Shown: in pieces, positions 9,286 to 19,571 of the stretch | How the letters are laid out: each line of letters starts with the position of its first letter | How positions within the stretch are numbered: position 1 is the first letter of the stretch | Source: an uncultured Acidobacteriota bacterium | GTDB taxonomy: Bacteria > Actinomycetota > Acidimicrobiia > Spongiisociales > ZC4RG35 | NCBI GenBank assembly: GCA_963780755.1 | Contig: CAWACX010000002.1 | Coordinates: 81,426-145,425 of the forward strand | Reading direction: 5' to 3' | DNA: 64,000 nt | The notes under the pieces: generated by a model | The model's input: only the letters and a program-made list of their open reading frames with translations | The model's database searches: none | Told to the model about the DNA's origin: nothing | Translations under genes and position numbers: made by a program

Positions 9286-11853
9286 ATGCCTAAGAGCCTC
9301 GTCATCGTCGAGTCGCCTACGAAGGCCCGAACCATCTCCGGATTCCTCGGATCCGAGGTGGCGGTCGAGTCGTCGATGGGGCACATTCGCGACCTCCCAC
9401 GGTCTGCGGCCGAGATCCCTCCGAAGGCAAAGGGTGAGAGCTGGGCACGCCTCGGGGTCAACGTCGACAACGACTTCGAGCCCTTGTACGTGGTGCCCAA
9501 GGAGCGTCGGGAACGGGTGAAGATGCTGAAGCAGATGCTCGCCGGCGTCGACGAGCTCTATCTCGCGACCGATGAGGACCGGGAGGGGGAATCCATTGCC
9601 TGGCACCTCACAGAGGCGCTGAAGCCCAAGATCCCGGTGCATCGGATGGTCTTCCACGAGATCACCAAGCACGCCATCGAAGAGGCGTTCGCCCATCCCC
9701 GGGACCTCGATCTGCGCCTGGTTCAGGCCCAGGAAGCGCGCCGCATCCTGGATCGGCTCTACGGCTACGAGGTCTCCCCGGTCCTCTGGCGCAAGGTGCA
9801 GCAAGGCCTCTCGGCGGGCCGGGTGCAGAGTGTGGCGATCCGGATCGTCGTCGAGCGGGAGCGGGAGAGGATGGCGTTCACCTCCGCCTCCTACTGGAGC
9901 CTCGAGGGCGTGTTCGCCCCAGCGGACGACCTGGACAGCACCTTCGAGGCGACCCTGCTCGCCATCGACGGCCAGCGAGTGGCCACCGGCAAGGAATTCG
10001 GAGCCGATGGTGCCCCCAAGCCGAACGTGACCGTCCTCGACCAGGAGCAAGCGACCGCGTTGGCCGAAGCCCTGCTCGAATCGAAGTTCGCGGTGCAGAC
10101 CGTCGAGGAGAAGCCGTACAAGCGGTCGCCCTACCCACCCTTCCGCACCTCCACCCTCCAGCAGGACGCGGGCCGCAAGCTGCGCTTCTCGTCGTCGCGG
10201 ACGATGTCGGTGGCCCAGCGCCTCTATGAGAACGGGTACATCACCTACATGCGCACCGACTCGACCGCACTTTCCGACACCGCGGTTGGTTCAGCCCGTT
10301 CCCAGATCGCCAAGCTCTACGGGGAGAATTACCTGTCTCCGAAGCCCAGGGTCTACGCCTCCAAGGTCAAGGGAGCCCAGGAGGCGCACGAGGCGATAAG
10401 GCCTGCGGGCGACGAGACCTTCCAGACCCCGGAGCAGGTGGCCGGCCTGGTTGGGCCCGACGAGGCCAAGCTCTACGACCTGATCTGGAGGCGGACCATC
10501 GCCTCTCAGATGGCGGATGCGGTCGGGGTGACCGTGTCGGCGCGCCTCGGCGCGGAGTCGAGTGACGGTCGGGAGTCCGTTTTCGCCACCAGCGGGCGCA
10601 CCATCACCTTCCCCGGCTTCCTCAAGGCATATGTCCAGGGCTCGGATGACCCGGAAAGCGAGGCCGACGACGCAGAGAAGGTGCTTCCCGCGCTCGCCGT
10701 CGGCGACGCCCTCGCCGTGCAGCGCCTGGAGCCAACCGGGCATGAGACCCGCCCTCCGGCCCGCTACACCGAAGCCTCGCTGGTGCAGAGGCTCGAAGAG
10801 CTCGGGGTGGGCCGTCCGTCCACGTACGCCTCGATCATGACCACCATCCAGGACCGGGGCTACGTTTGGAAGAAGGGCGCCGCCCTGGTCCCCACGTTCA
10901 CCGCGTTCGGGGTGGTGGCCCTCCTCGAGCAGCACTTCCCACAACTCGTCGATTACAGCTTCACCGCCGCCATGGAGGACGACCTGGACCGGATCGCCGC
11001 CGGTGAGGAACAGTCCGTCCCCTGGCTGACCGAGTTCTACTTTGGCGACGACGGCCTCAAGAACAAGGTGGCGACCCGTCTCGACGAGATCGACCCCAGG
11101 GCGGTGGGCTCGATCCCGATCGGGGCCGACGACTCCGGTACCGACGTGGTGGCCCGGATCGGCCGGTATGGGCCTTATGTGCAGATAGGCGAGGAGCGCG
11201 CATCCATACCTGGTGACCTGGCCCCCGACGAGCTGACCGTTGCGAAGGCGATCGAGCTGGTTCAGACCCAGAACGTCGGCGACAAGATCTTCGGGACCGA
11301 CCCGGGCAGCGGGCTCATCGTGTTGGGCAAGACCGGTCGCTTTGGGCCCTATGTCCAGCTCGGCGAGACCGAGGAGGGGAGCAAGGACAAGCCAAAGCGA
11401 GCGTCTCTGTTCAAGAACATGTCCCTCGACGAGCTCTCTCTCGACACCGCCCTCGAGCTCCTTTCCCTGCCCCGAACGGTGGGGGTGGACGCTGAGGAGG
11501 TGGAAATCACCGCCCTCAACGGCCGCTACGGGCCCTACATCCAGCGCGGCTCTGATCGGCGCAGCCTGGAGAGCGAGGAACAACTCTTCACACTTACGGT
11601 TGAAGAGGCGCTGGCACTGCTCGCCGAGCCCCCGAAACGGCGCGGGCAGAGAGCCGCAGCAGCGCTCAAAGAGCTCGGTGACGACCCGGTGAGTGGCAAG
11701 CCGGTCACCGTGCGCAACGGCCGCTTTGGGCCCTACGTCACCGACGGGGAGGTCAACGCCTCGTTGCGACAAGGAGACTCGCCGGAGACCATCGACATCG
11801 AGCGGGCTGCCGAGCTTCTCGCCGCCCGCCGGGAGCGGGTCGCCAAGAGTTAG
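9286..11853 (+). CDS. topA: DNA topoisomerase I
   Basis: 855 aa with a Toprim start (LVIVESPTKARTI), the active-site region YITYMRTDS, and repeated C-terminal GRFGPY/GRYGPY modules of the actinobacterial type. Confidence 0.95.
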   Translation: MPKSLVIVESPTKARTISGFLGSEVAVESSMGHIRDLPRSAAEIPPKAKGESWARLGVNVDNDFEPLYVVPKERRERVKMLKQMLAGVDELYLATDEDREGESIAWHLTEALKPKIPVHRMVFHEITKHAIEEAFAHPRDLDLRLVQAQEARRILDRLYGYEVSPVLWRKVQQGLSAGRVQSVAIRIVVERERERMAFTSASYWSLEGVFAPADDLDSTFEATLLAIDGQRVATGKEFGADGAPKPNVTVLDQEQATALAEALLESKFAVQTVEEKPYKRSPYPPFRTSTLQQDAGRKLRFSSSRTMSVAQRLYENGYITYMRTDSTALSDTAVGSARSQIAKLYGENYLSPKPRVYASKVKGAQEAHEAIRPAGDETFQTPEQVAGLVGPDEAKLYDLIWRRTIASQMADAVGVTVSARLGAESSDGRESVFATSGRTITFPGFLKAYVQGSDDPESEADDAEKVLPALAVGDALAVQRLEPTGHETRPPARYTEASLVQRLEELGVGRPSTYASIMTTIQDRGYVWKKGAALVPTFTAFGVVALLEQHFPQLVDYSFTAAMEDDLDRIAAGEEQSVPWLTEFYFGDDGLKNKVATRLDEIDPRAVGSIPIGADDSGTDVVARIGRYGPYVQIGEERASIPGDLAPDELTVAKAIELVQTQNVGDKIFGTDPGSGLIVLGKTGRFGPYVQLGETEEGSKDKPKRASLFKNMSLDELSLDTALELLSLPRTVGVDAEEVEITALNGRYGPYIQRGSDRRSLESEEQLFTLTVEEALALLAEPPKRRGQRAAAALKELGDDPVSGKPVTVRNGRFGPYVTDGEVNASLRQGDSPETIDIERAAELLAARRERVAKS

Positions 11854-13211
11854 AGGACCGTCGCCGCCATCTCGGCCAACGGAGATCGGACCGAGCGCTC
11901 CAATGTGATGTGCCCGAAGAGCGGCGATCCCTTGAACTTCTCGATGAGCGCTGCCATCCCCCCGAACGGCGAGATGTAGGGGTTGTCGACCTGGGAGAGG
12001 TCCCCACAGAACACCACCTTCGAGTCCCGTGACATCCTCGTGAGAATCACCTTCAGGGTCGGCAACTCCAGGTTCTGCGCCTCGTCGATGATGACGAACT
12101 CCCCGGTGATCGAGCGACCCCGCAGATAGGTGACCGCAGCCATCTCCAACTCGCCACGGGCGATGAGCTCGTCGATGGCGTTGCGAGCCCCCTCGACGCC
12201 TGCATCCGAGAACAAGGCGTAGAGGTTGTCGTGCACCGCCGCCATCCAGGGGGCCAGCTTCTCGTTCAGGTCGCCTGGCAGATACCCGACCTCCTGTCGG
12301 CCCACCGCCACCAGCGGCCGATACACCGACACCCGGCGATAGCGCCCCTGCTCGAGGACCTGCTCCAGGGCCGCCGCCAGGGCGAGAAAGGTCTTCCCGG
12401 TGCCAGCCATGCCCATCACCGAGACCGCGGCAATGTCCGGATCGAGGAGTTGATGGAGCGCGACGGTCTGACGCACGTTCTTGGGCTCGACGCCGAAGGC
12501 CCGGACATGTGTGGGGACCCGCTCCAGGACCGTCGGGCCCGACTGGACGACCCGGGCCAAGGCGGAGCGCGAGGCACCGTTGCGGAGAATCAAGAACTCG
12601 TTGACCTCGGCCTCCAGCCCCTCCATCTCGACCTTGCCCTCGTCGAAAAGTCGATCGATCAGCTCACCGTCGGTGATGTGCTCGACGAGCCCGGAATGGT
12701 GCTGATCGACGGCCACGGTGTCGGCGCGATAGTCCTGAACCGCCACGCCAAGTTGGGCACCCTTGATCCGGAGGGCGGCGTCCTTGGTCACCAGGACTGC
12801 AGGTGTCTGCTCCACGAGGTTGAGACAGGTGGCGAGAATCCGATGGTCGGGGGTCAACGGGTCGAGGGCGCTGGGCAGGCGCTCGGACGTGATCCCGTTG
12901 AGCTCGATGCGAAGCGTGCCCCCGCCCGGCAGAGCGACCGGCTCCCGGAGCCCGCCCTCCTTGGAGGCGCCGAGCTCCTCGATGAGTCGGATGGCGGCAC
13001 GAGCATTGGCGCCGACTTCGTCGAGACGGGTCTTCTTCCTGTCCAACTCCTCGATCACGACGAGCGGGAGGACCACATTGTGTTCGTCGAATCGGAGTGG
13101 GGACTGGGGGTCGGCGAGCAGGACGCAGGTGTCGAGTACGAAGGTGTCGGGCACCTGTTCGGTCTCCTTGGGGGTCGTCGCCAGGGGGCATAGCTTCCCG
13201 TGCCCGGGCAC
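11850..13211 (-). CDS. PIN-domain plus PhoH-like ATPase (PhoH2/YlaK type)
   Basis: 453 aa with an N-terminal PIN (FVLDTCVLLADP) and a C-terminal PhoH P-loop (GMAGTGKTFLALAAAL). It is convergent with topA, with a 4-nt overlap. Confidence 0.85.
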   Translation of the reverse strand: MPGHGKLCPLATTPKETEQVPDTFVLDTCVLLADPQSPLRFDEHNVVLPLVVIEELDRKKTRLDEVGANARAAIRLIEELGASKEGGLREPVALPGGGTLRIELNGITSERLPSALDPLTPDHRILATCLNLVEQTPAVLVTKDAALRIKGAQLGVAVQDYRADTVAVDQHHSGLVEHITDGELIDRLFDEGKVEMEGLEAEVNEFLILRNGASRSALARVVQSGPTVLERVPTHVRAFGVEPKNVRQTVALHQLLDPDIAAVSVMGMAGTGKTFLALAAALEQVLEQGRYRRVSVYRPLVAVGRQEVGYLPGDLNEKLAPWMAAVHDNLYALFSDAGVEGARNAIDELIARGELEMAAVTYLRGRSITGEFVIIDEAQNLELPTLKVILTRMSRDSKVVFCGDLSQVDNPYISPFGGMAALIEKFKGSPLFGHITLERSVRSPLAEMAATVL

Positions 13212-13229
13212 GAATTACAAGGATCGACG

Positions 13230-13661
13230 TCAGTTCGGCTCGTTGACCTCGAAGACGGGGAACAACTCCGCATTCTCGGCGAAGTCGGCGACCGTGGGGT
13301 TCTCGGGGACGTCCATGTACTGGCTGGCGTATCCCTCTCGGGCGTAATAGGCCGCGACCACCTTCGCCGCGGCATCGCCGCCGGCCTCGGTGAGCCGGAT
13401 CTGCCGATCGGTCGACCCGTGACGGAGGCTTGCGCTGGGATTGGCCCTGGCGTTGTGCACCCATCCCATCTCGCCGTACGGGCACACCACGTATTCGACC
13501 CCTTCGACCACGATCGGGCTCACCGGAACGCTCCTCGGCTCGCCCGACTTCCGGCCGGTCGTGGTCAGCACCTGGACTTTGCCGATGCCCCGGCGCGCCA
13601 TCCAGGACATGACCCGGCCGATGCGAAGCGTGCCGGAGTTGAGCTCGTATTGCTTGGCCAT
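13230..13661 (-). CDS. nitroreductase-family deazaflavin (F420H2)-dependent oxidoreductase (DDN-like)
   Basis: 143 aa. LTTTGRKSGEPRSVPV...WVHNARANP resembles the PF04075-type pattern. Confidence 0.7.
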   Translation of the reverse strand: MAKQYELNSGTLRIGRVMSWMARRGIGKVQVLTTTGRKSGEPRSVPVSPIVVEGVEYVVCPYGEMGWVHNARANPSASLRHGSTDRQIRLTEAGGDAAAKVVAAYYAREGYASQYMDVPENPTVADFAENAELFPVFEVNEPN

Positions 13662-13671
13662 GGCAACGAAG

Positions 13672-15402
13672 CTACCGATCGCGTCGCCTGGCCACCCATT
13701 CCATGAAGTCGGCGAGGGGCCGGGCGTTCACCACCCGGTCTTTCGTCACCCAGCCTCTTTGCGCGTGGGCGACTCCGTATCCCATTCGCACCCATTCACT
13801 GGTGTGATGCGAGTCGGTGTCGATGACCACGTCGACACCCGCGCCCATGGCCCTCCTCGCCACCTCCGCGGTGGCATCGAGGCGGTCGAGGGCACCGTTG
13901 ATCTCCAATGCCACCCCGGTCACCTCGAGCGCCTCCAGCACGACGTCGATGTCGAGCTCGACCCCGGGGCGGCGCCCGATGTAGCGGCCCGAGAGGTGCC
14001 CGATGGCGTTCACGGCAGGATCGGCCAACGCAGTCAGGACCCTGGCGGTCTGGTCGTCCTGGGACAGGTCGAAGTGGGAGTGGATCGAGGCGACGCAGTA
14101 GTCGAACTCGAGGCGAAACTCCGGGTCGTAGTCCAACTCCCCGCGAGGCCCGATATTGAGCTCGCAGCCGAAGAGGAGCCTGATCCCCTTCTCCTGCTCC
14201 AGCCCGCGGATCCGATCCCGATGGGCCAACATCTCCTCACGGGTCGAGCCGTTGATCGCCAGGTCCTCTCCGTGGTCGGTGATCGCCACGTATTCGTACC
14301 CACGGCCCACTGCGGCATCCACCATCTCCCCGAGACTCGACCGCCCATCGCCCGACTGGTCGGTGTGATAGTGGAGGTCTCCTTTGATCTGATCGAGCTG
14401 GATCAGATCGGGAAGGTCCTGGTCGGCCGCCAGCTCGACCTCGCCAGTCGACTCTCTGAGCGGCGGCGGCACGAAAGACATCTCGAGGGCCTTGTAAATG
14501 TCCTCTTCGGACTTGGATGCCACCACCTTCTCCTCCTCGAACAGCCCGTATTCGCTGAGCAGCCAGCCCCGGTCGATGGCGCGTTGTCGCAGGGCGATGT
14601 TGTGTGCTTTGGAGCCGGTGAAGTAGAGGAGCGCCGACCCCAGTTGGCCCGGTTTCACGGTGCGCACATCGACCTGCATTCCTTCCCTGGTCAGGAACGA
14701 GGTCTTGGTGTCACCGGAGCCGATGACCTCGGCGACCTCCGGCAGGCCGAGAACGAACTCGGACACCGTACCCGGGCTGGTGGTCGCCACCACGATGTCG
14801 ATGTCGCCAATGGTCTCGGAGAACCTCCGTATCGACCCACATGGGACCGCGGCCTTCACCGATGTCAGCTCCGAGATCCTGGCCGCCAGCGACCGAGCAA
14901 GGGGAAGGGCCTCGATCAAGGGAGTCCGACGGTCCTTGCCATGGAGGCCGAGCCGGTCGATCGCCTTGGCGATCTTCTCCTCCGAGGTCTTGCCCATGCC
15001 GGGAAGCTCGCGCAGTTGCTCCGCTGCGATCGCGGCTCGCAGGTCATCGATGTTCTCGACGCCGAGCTCCGACCGGATCAACTTCAGGGTCTTGGGCCCG
15101 AGGCCGGGGATCCTGGTCAGCTCGACGAAAGCCGGCGGGTACTTCTCACGGAGAGCGTCGAGCTTGGCGACGCTTCCCGTGGCCTGGAACTCGAGGATCT
15201 TGTCGGCAGTCGACGCACCGACGCCCTTGATCGCGGTCAGACCGGCCTTGTCCAGGCCATCGAGTTCACCGGAATGACCCTCTATCCCATGTAGAGCGTT
15301 CTCGTAGGCCCTAACCCGAAAAGCCTGAGGGCTGCCCTCCTCGATCGAAGTGAGCTTGGCCATTTCGGCCAGCATGCGCAGGATCTCGATACGGGTCGAC
15401 AT
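13672..15402 (-). CDS. polX: DNA polymerase X family protein with C-terminal PHP domain
   Basis: 576 aa with N-terminal helix-hairpin-helix/Pol beta-like modules (GIGPKT-like GLGPKTLK, GDIDIVV). The C-terminal PHP histidinol-phosphatase-like region contains LHYHTDQSGDG and SIHSHFD. Confidence 0.9.
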   Translation of the reverse strand: MSTRIEILRMLAEMAKLTSIEEGSPQAFRVRAYENALHGIEGHSGELDGLDKAGLTAIKGVGASTADKILEFQATGSVAKLDALREKYPPAFVELTRIPGLGPKTLKLIRSELGVENIDDLRAAIAAEQLRELPGMGKTSEEKIAKAIDRLGLHGKDRRTPLIEALPLARSLAARISELTSVKAAVPCGSIRRFSETIGDIDIVVATTSPGTVSEFVLGLPEVAEVIGSGDTKTSFLTREGMQVDVRTVKPGQLGSALLYFTGSKAHNIALRQRAIDRGWLLSEYGLFEEEKVVASKSEEDIYKALEMSFVPPPLRESTGEVELAADQDLPDLIQLDQIKGDLHYHTDQSGDGRSSLGEMVDAAVGRGYEYVAITDHGEDLAINGSTREEMLAHRDRIRGLEQEKGIRLLFGCELNIGPRGELDYDPEFRLEFDYCVASIHSHFDLSQDDQTARVLTALADPAVNAIGHLSGRYIGRRPGVELDIDVVLEALEVTGVALEINGALDRLDATAEVARRAMGAGVDVVIDTDSHHTSEWVRMGYGVAHAQRGWVTKDRVVNARPLADFMEWVARRRDR

Positions 15403-15414
15403 CGGAGGCCGAGC

Positions 15415-15912
15415 CTATCGAGGGTCGGGGTCCTCGATGAGGGTGGCCACCGTTCCATTCGTGGCCCGGATCAGGTCGTCAGGTACCAGCTCGAGCTGGA
15501 GGCCGCGCACTCCCCCTGAGACCGCGACCGTGCCCATCACCAGAGCTGACGAGTCCAGATAGAGAGGTAGGGCCCGCTTCTGGCCGAACGGGCTGATCCC
15601 TCCCGTCACGTACCCGGTCAACCTCTCGGCTACGGCGGGCGCAGCCATCTCAGCTCGCTTGCCACCTGCGGCGCGGGCAAGGAGCCGCGTGGAGAGACGC
15701 CGGCCGACCGGGACCACGGCCACGACCGGAGCGCCGTCCACCTCGGCGACCAGAGTCTTGAGGACCCTGTCTCCCTCGATGCCTATGGCAGCGGCAACGG
15801 CCTCCCCATAACCGTCGCCCACCCTCTCCGTCACCTCGTAGTGATGGGCGACATAGGCGATGCCCAGGTCGTCGAGGGCTTTCGTCGCCCGGGTGGTTCG
15901 CGCCATGCCCAT
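15415..15912 (-). CDS. ybaK: Cys-tRNA(Pro)/Cys-tRNA(Cys) deacylase, YbaK/EbsC family
   Basis: 165 aa. KTLVAEVDGAPVVAVVPVGRRLS...TGYVTGGISPFGQK is typical of YbaK. Confidence 0.85.
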   Translation of the reverse strand: MGMARTTRATKALDDLGIAYVAHHYEVTERVGDGYGEAVAAAIGIEGDRVLKTLVAEVDGAPVVAVVPVGRRLSTRLLARAAGGKRAEMAAPAVAERLTGYVTGGISPFGQKRALPLYLDSSALVMGTVAVSGGVRGLQLELVPDDLIRATNGTVATLIEDPDPR

Positions 15913-15921
15913 ATCTTCCCA

Positions 15922-16312
15922 TCACCCCCCGAGCCACAGGGCGGGATCGAACTCCGAGCGGGCAGCCGCGCTGACCGTGACGTCGCCGAAGATCGGAACC
16001 TTGACCTCGAGCGCCGTCGTCACCACCACGATCCTCGCCCGGAGAGTGGGGTCCACCGGGCAACGACAGCTCACGAGACGCGAAGCGTTCCTCTCGGCGA
16101 ACTCGGCAGCCAACGCTTGGGGCGCGGCTCCTGCCCCCGCCGGGGGATAGGTCGAGACCGCAGCCGCCGAGCGCGGCAGCTTGCGCTGCCGTGTTCGCCT
16201 GTTCCCTCGCCGCAATCAGGGTCCCGAGGGAGGCAGTGGCCACGCCAACCGTCACCACCACCGCCACCCAGCCAACCACCAGGATGCTGGCGCCTCCGCG
16301 TTCCTCGGTCAC
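15922..16312 (-). pseudogene. TadE-like pilus-associated protein (actinobacterial secretion-neighbourhood type), apparent +1 frame change near 16165
   Basis: The GTG at 16312 (GTGA overlap with the upstream TadE stop) gives the TM N-terminus MTEERGGASILVVGWVAVVVTVGVATASLGTLIAAREQANTAAQAAALG. The conserved tail AAVSTYPP...AAEFAERNASRLVSCRCPVDPTLRARIVVVTTALEVKVPIFG lies in the frame of ORF 15922..16215 and stops 10 nt before ybaK. Confidence 0.65.
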
Positions 16313-16689
16313 CTCTCGGTGCGCATCGAGGCGGTGGCGGTGAGGTCGAAGCCGGCAGAGGCCGGAAACGGCGCACCGAGCCGGTGACGGAAGTGAATCG
16401 TGACCAGGGCGGGCACGCCCACCCGGTCCGGGCGCTGAACCGAGATCCGGGCCCGCTCCCGGATCTCAGAAGGCAACGAAGCCATGACCGCCTCGACCGC
16501 ACGCGAGGGGTCGGGGGTGGTCGCGGCGACCCTGGCCCCATCCCTCGCCGCTGCCACCAACTCGAGCCTGGTTTGGGTGATCCCCACCACCTGGATCGCA
16601 GCCACCGCCGCCAACACCAGCACCGGGAGCACCAGGAATAGCTCCACGGTCACCGAGCCCCGGTCACTCAGAACTTTCCGGCGACCCAA
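16309..16689 (-). CDS. TadE-like pilus assembly protein
   Basis: SDRGSVTVELFLVLPVLVLAAVAAIQVVG is the classic TadE N-terminus. The start is uncertain: TTG at 16689 gives MGRRKVLSDRGS, and GTG at 16653 is the alternative. The longer track ORF overlaps flp. Confidence 0.7.
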   Translation of the reverse strand: MGRRKVLSDRGSVTVELFLVLPVLVLAAVAAIQVVGITQTRLELVAAARDGARVAATTPDPSRAVEAVMASLPSEIRERARISVQRPDRVGVPALVTIHFRHRLGAPFPASAGFDLTATASMRTER

Positions 16690-16859
16690 TCGATGACCCG
16701 GCCGAACAGCCCTCCGAGCAGGCCTCCACCGCTCCCCGACTGAAGCCAATTGAGGGCGACGAGGGCCAGGGCCGTGGCCGCCAGGATGACTAGGAAATAC
16801 TCGACCGTCCCCTGTCCCTCCTCTCGCTTTGCCATGTTCCATTTGAAGATTCGAGCCAT
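16668..16859 (-). CDS. flp: Flp-family type IVb pilin
   Basis: MARIFKWNMAKREEGQGTVEYFLVILAATALALVAL carries the G-XXXX-EY Flp processing motif. A strong SD (GGAAGGAGAG) lies 5 nt upstream of the ATG at 16859. Confidence 0.8.
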   Translation of the reverse strand: MARIFKWNMAKREEGQGTVEYFLVILAATALALVALNWLQSGSGGGLLGGLFGRVIDWVAGKF

Positions 16860-16910
16860 CAGCTCTCCTTCCACTCCGGTTGCCGACCGGTACGGGGAGA
16901 AGTGCGGATC

Positions 16911-17447
16911 TCATGAGAGCGGGCCCGACAGGTCCGCAAAGGTGCGGAGCAGGGAGGGGGCATATAGCAACAGGACGAGGCCGGGGAGGATCAGCAGGGT
17001 GATGGGGACCATCAGCCTTATCGGCAGAGATCTCGCTCTCTCGATTCGGCGGGCACGCTCATCGGCGATGTCCCCGTCGAGGAGGGATCGCATCGTGTCA
17101 GCCACCGCCGAGCCGGAGCGCTGTGCCCTGGCCAACTGGGCGAGCACCCCCCGGATCGGGCCACGGCATTCGTCGACCGCGGCTGTCAGGCCGCTCACGG
17201 AGGCAACGCGGGAGGCAAAGACCAATTGGGTGTCGTCTGGGAAAACCCGGGCCGCCTCCTGGAGGGCGCCCAAGATCGACCTTCCCGCCCGGAGCTCGAC
17301 GATCAGGATCATCAGGACCGGGCGGATCGGCTTCGGTCGTGGCCTACGAGCCATCAGGGACCGAATGGCGACGACCGCGACCATCGCCAGCCCGACACCC
17401 GGGCCGCCAAGGGCCAACCCAACCGCTCCCGCGAGCACCGCCGTCAT
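16911..17447 (-). CDS. tadC: type II secretion system F-family protein (TadC-like)
   Basis: 178-aa membrane protein at the tadB-tadC position, with an ATGA overlap to the upstream gene. Confidence 0.7.
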   Translation of the reverse strand: MTAVLAGAVGLALGGPGVGLAMVAVVAIRSLMARRPRPKPIRPVLMILIVELRAGRSILGALQEAARVFPDDTQLVFASRVASVSGLTAAVDECRGPIRGVLAQLARAQRSGSAVADTMRSLLDGDIADERARRIERARSLPIRLMVPITLLILPGLVLLLYAPSLLRTFADLSGPLS

Positions 17448-18088
17448 CGCGACCTCCTGAGCAGCGTGGCTGCGATCACGGTGCCCAAGGCCACCAAGGC
17501 GAGCCCGATGAGAGCCGATGCCCGCTGCGAAGTCGTTGCCAGATACGAGCCGAGTCGGCCACTGAAGAGCACCCAGCCCACGGCAAGGGCGGGCGCGGCG
17601 AGAAGCACGAAAGAGGTTGCCCGGGCAGGTGCTGTGGCGGACGCGACCTCGTGGAGGACCTCCACCCGGGCCAGCGCGAGTGCCGCCATCTCGTCGAACA
17701 ACGGCGCGACCGGCCCGCCGATACGGGACCCATGCGAGATCACGGTGGCCAACTCGACACCAACATCCTCGAACTCGCGCCTGACCGCGTCCGCCACCTC
17801 AGAGATCGGGGCACCCTCGCGACAACAGCTGGCGACCCCGGGAGACCCGACAGAGTCCGCGGCTCGCTCCAGGGCAAACCGGAACGAAGAGCCGGCGCGT
17901 AGCTCGCCGGACACCGCCTCACAGAAGACGGTGGACCTCGTGGAAGGTTGCGACCGGGACCGCCAGACGTGAACCACCATCAAGCAACCCAGCGGCACCG
18001 GAGCCGCCAACGCGGAGATGATGACGAGCACTCTGACCCGGTCCAGCCCGGAGACGACACCCCAGCCGACGAGGAGGGCCTCGATCAC
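17444..18088 (-). CDS. tadB: type II secretion system F-family protein (TadB-like)
   Basis: The GTG at 18088 (GTGA overlap with the tadA stop) gives [14 protein letters not shown]..., a polytopic membrane protein. The longer track ORF 17444..18328 overlaps tadA. Confidence 0.7.
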   Translation of the reverse strand: MIEALLVGWGVVSGLDRVRVLVIISALAAPVPLGCLMVVHVWRSRSQPSTRSTVFCEAVSGELRAGSSFRFALERAADSVGSPGVASCCREGAPISEVADAVRREFEDVGVELATVISHGSRIGGPVAPLFDEMAALALARVEVLHEVASATAPARATSFVLLAAPALAVGWVLFSGRLGSYLATTSQRASALIGLALVALGTVIAATLLRRSR

Positions 18089-19134
18089 AGCCCACCCCCG
18101 GACACCCCTTCGGGGCCGACGGGCGCTATCGATCTGATGCTGCGCCCGGTGCCGGTGCGCTCGATCTGCACGACATGGTCGACAGCGGCATGGAGCTGCC
18201 GCCTCACCGAGGTCTCCGATGTGTCCCCGGCCGAGAGTGCCAATGTCTCCAATCTCCAAAGGGCCTCCTCCGGGGAGTTGGCATGAACCGTGGACAACGA
18301 GCCCCGGTGACCGGTGTTGAGCGCCCAAACCAGGTCGAGGGCCTCCGGGCCCCGGACTTCGCCGACAATGATTCGATCCGGTCTGAGGCGCAGGGCCGAC
18401 CTCAACAGAGACCGAATCGTCACCTCTCCGGCGCCTTCTGCATTGGCGGGGTGAGCTTCGAGCCGGACGACGTGGCCGGGGAGCCTGAGCTCGGCAGCAT
18501 CCTCGATGGTGACGACCCGTTCCCGGGGAGGGATCAAGCTTCCGAGGAGGTTGAGCAGCGTCGTCTTGCCGGCGCCGGTGCCGCCGGAGACGATGATGGT
18601 CTTCCGCTCGATGACCGCCTGCTCCAGGAACTGGACCTGTTCGGCCGTCGCCGTGCCCATCGGGACCAGGTCATGCAGCGATTCGACTGCCTGGGTGAAG
18701 CGGCGAATCGCGACCACCGGGTGGTCGACGGCAGCCGGCGGGGTGACGGCATGCAGGCGGCTGCCATCGAGCAGCCGGGCATCGACCATCGGCGAGGCGC
18801 GGTCGACTCGAAGGCCGAGGGGGGCAATCACCCTTTCCACGGCCGCGATCAACGCTTCATCACCGTCGAACACGGCTTCTGTGCGGCTGAGGACCCCTCT
18901 CTTCTCCACCCAGATCTCCCGGGGGCCGTTGACGAGGACGTCCGTGACCTCGGGGTCGCGGAGAAGGGGTTCCAGCGGGCCCAGGCCGAGCACGTGGTCG
19001 GCGACGACGCCCGCCAGCTCGGCTGCCCGGTCCGGGGCGGCGAGCCGCAGCCGCTTCCCGGCATCGAAGGCGACCTCGCCCCTCCTCATCGGAGCGCGCC
19101 CGGACGCGATCTGCTCGGCGACTCGCTCGATCAT
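18085..19134 (-). CDS. tadA: CpaF/TadA-family pilus assembly ATPase
   Basis: Walker [14 protein letters not shown], Asp/His boxes and [11 protein letters not shown]. The ATG at 19134 forms an ATGA overlap with the upstream ORF stop. The longer track ORF (to 19380) has poorer third-position GC. Confidence 0.9.
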   Translation of the reverse strand: MIERVAEQIASGRAPMRRGEVAFDAGKRLRLAAPDRAAELAGVVADHVLGLGPLEPLLRDPEVTDVLVNGPREIWVEKRGVLSRTEAVFDGDEALIAAVERVIAPLGLRVDRASPMVDARLLDGSRLHAVTPPAAVDHPVVAIRRFTQAVESLHDLVPMGTATAEQVQFLEQAVIERKTIIVSGGTGAGKTTLLNLLGSLIPPRERVVTIEDAAELRLPGHVVRLEAHPANAEGAGEVTIRSLLRSALRLRPDRIIVGEVRGPEALDLVWALNTGHRGSLSTVHANSPEEALWRLETLALSAGDTSETSVRRQLHAAVDHVVQIERTGTGRSIRSIAPVGPEGVSGGGL

Positions 19135-19571
19135 GCCCACGGCATCCTCCACACCGTCTTCCAAACCTCGAGCCAGCGCCCGCGCCCCGGCAGGCGCCCG
19201 GCGAGGAGACCTCTGGCCTTGCGAGCTGTGAGACGGGGCAGGACCGGTCCCGGGCCGGGAGGGCGAACCCCTCCGGCAAGGGACTGCCACACCGCCGGGT
19301 AGGGCTCGGTCGGGGCCAGGAGGCCGGGCCATAGCGGGCGAACCGGGACGGTGGGTCCCGGCCATCCGCCGGAGTCGCATCGGATCACCACCGCAGGCCA
19401 GTTCGCAGCCAACCGCTCGATGAGTGGCAGTCCCTCCTCGACCCCAATCGCGCCACCGGCGATCAGGGCCACGCCGGTCCGTGTCGGGCTCAACTCATCG
19501 AGACTGGGACCGTCCTCGACCAGATCGGCGAGCGTCCGCACGGTTCCGATAGGCGCATCCGACGGTGACAT
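19131..19571 (-). CDS. hypothetical protein at the CpaE/TadZ position of the Tad cluster (possibly N-terminally longer, see findings)
   Basis: 146 aa (MSPSDAPIGTVRTLADLVEDGPSLDEL...AVVIRCDSGG...) with high third-position GC and translational coupling to tadA. No intact Walker A was recognised. Confidence 0.45.
   Translation of the reverse strand: MSPSDAPIGTVRTLADLVEDGPSLDELSPTRTGVALIAGGAIGVEEGLPLIERLAANWPAVVIRCDSGGWPGPTVPVRPLWPGLLAPTEPYPAVWQSLAGGVRPPGPGPVLPRLTARKARGLLAGRLPGRGRWLEVWKTVWRMPWA

Noticed and set aside
18860-19380. Longer N-terminal extension of tadA (start at 19380) and ORF 18860..19279.
   Set aside because: Both have a poorer third-position GC bias than the overlapping frame that ends in an ATGA junction with the ATG at 19134. 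The sequence is Arg/Pro/Gly-rich and lacks similarity to the CpaF N-domain.
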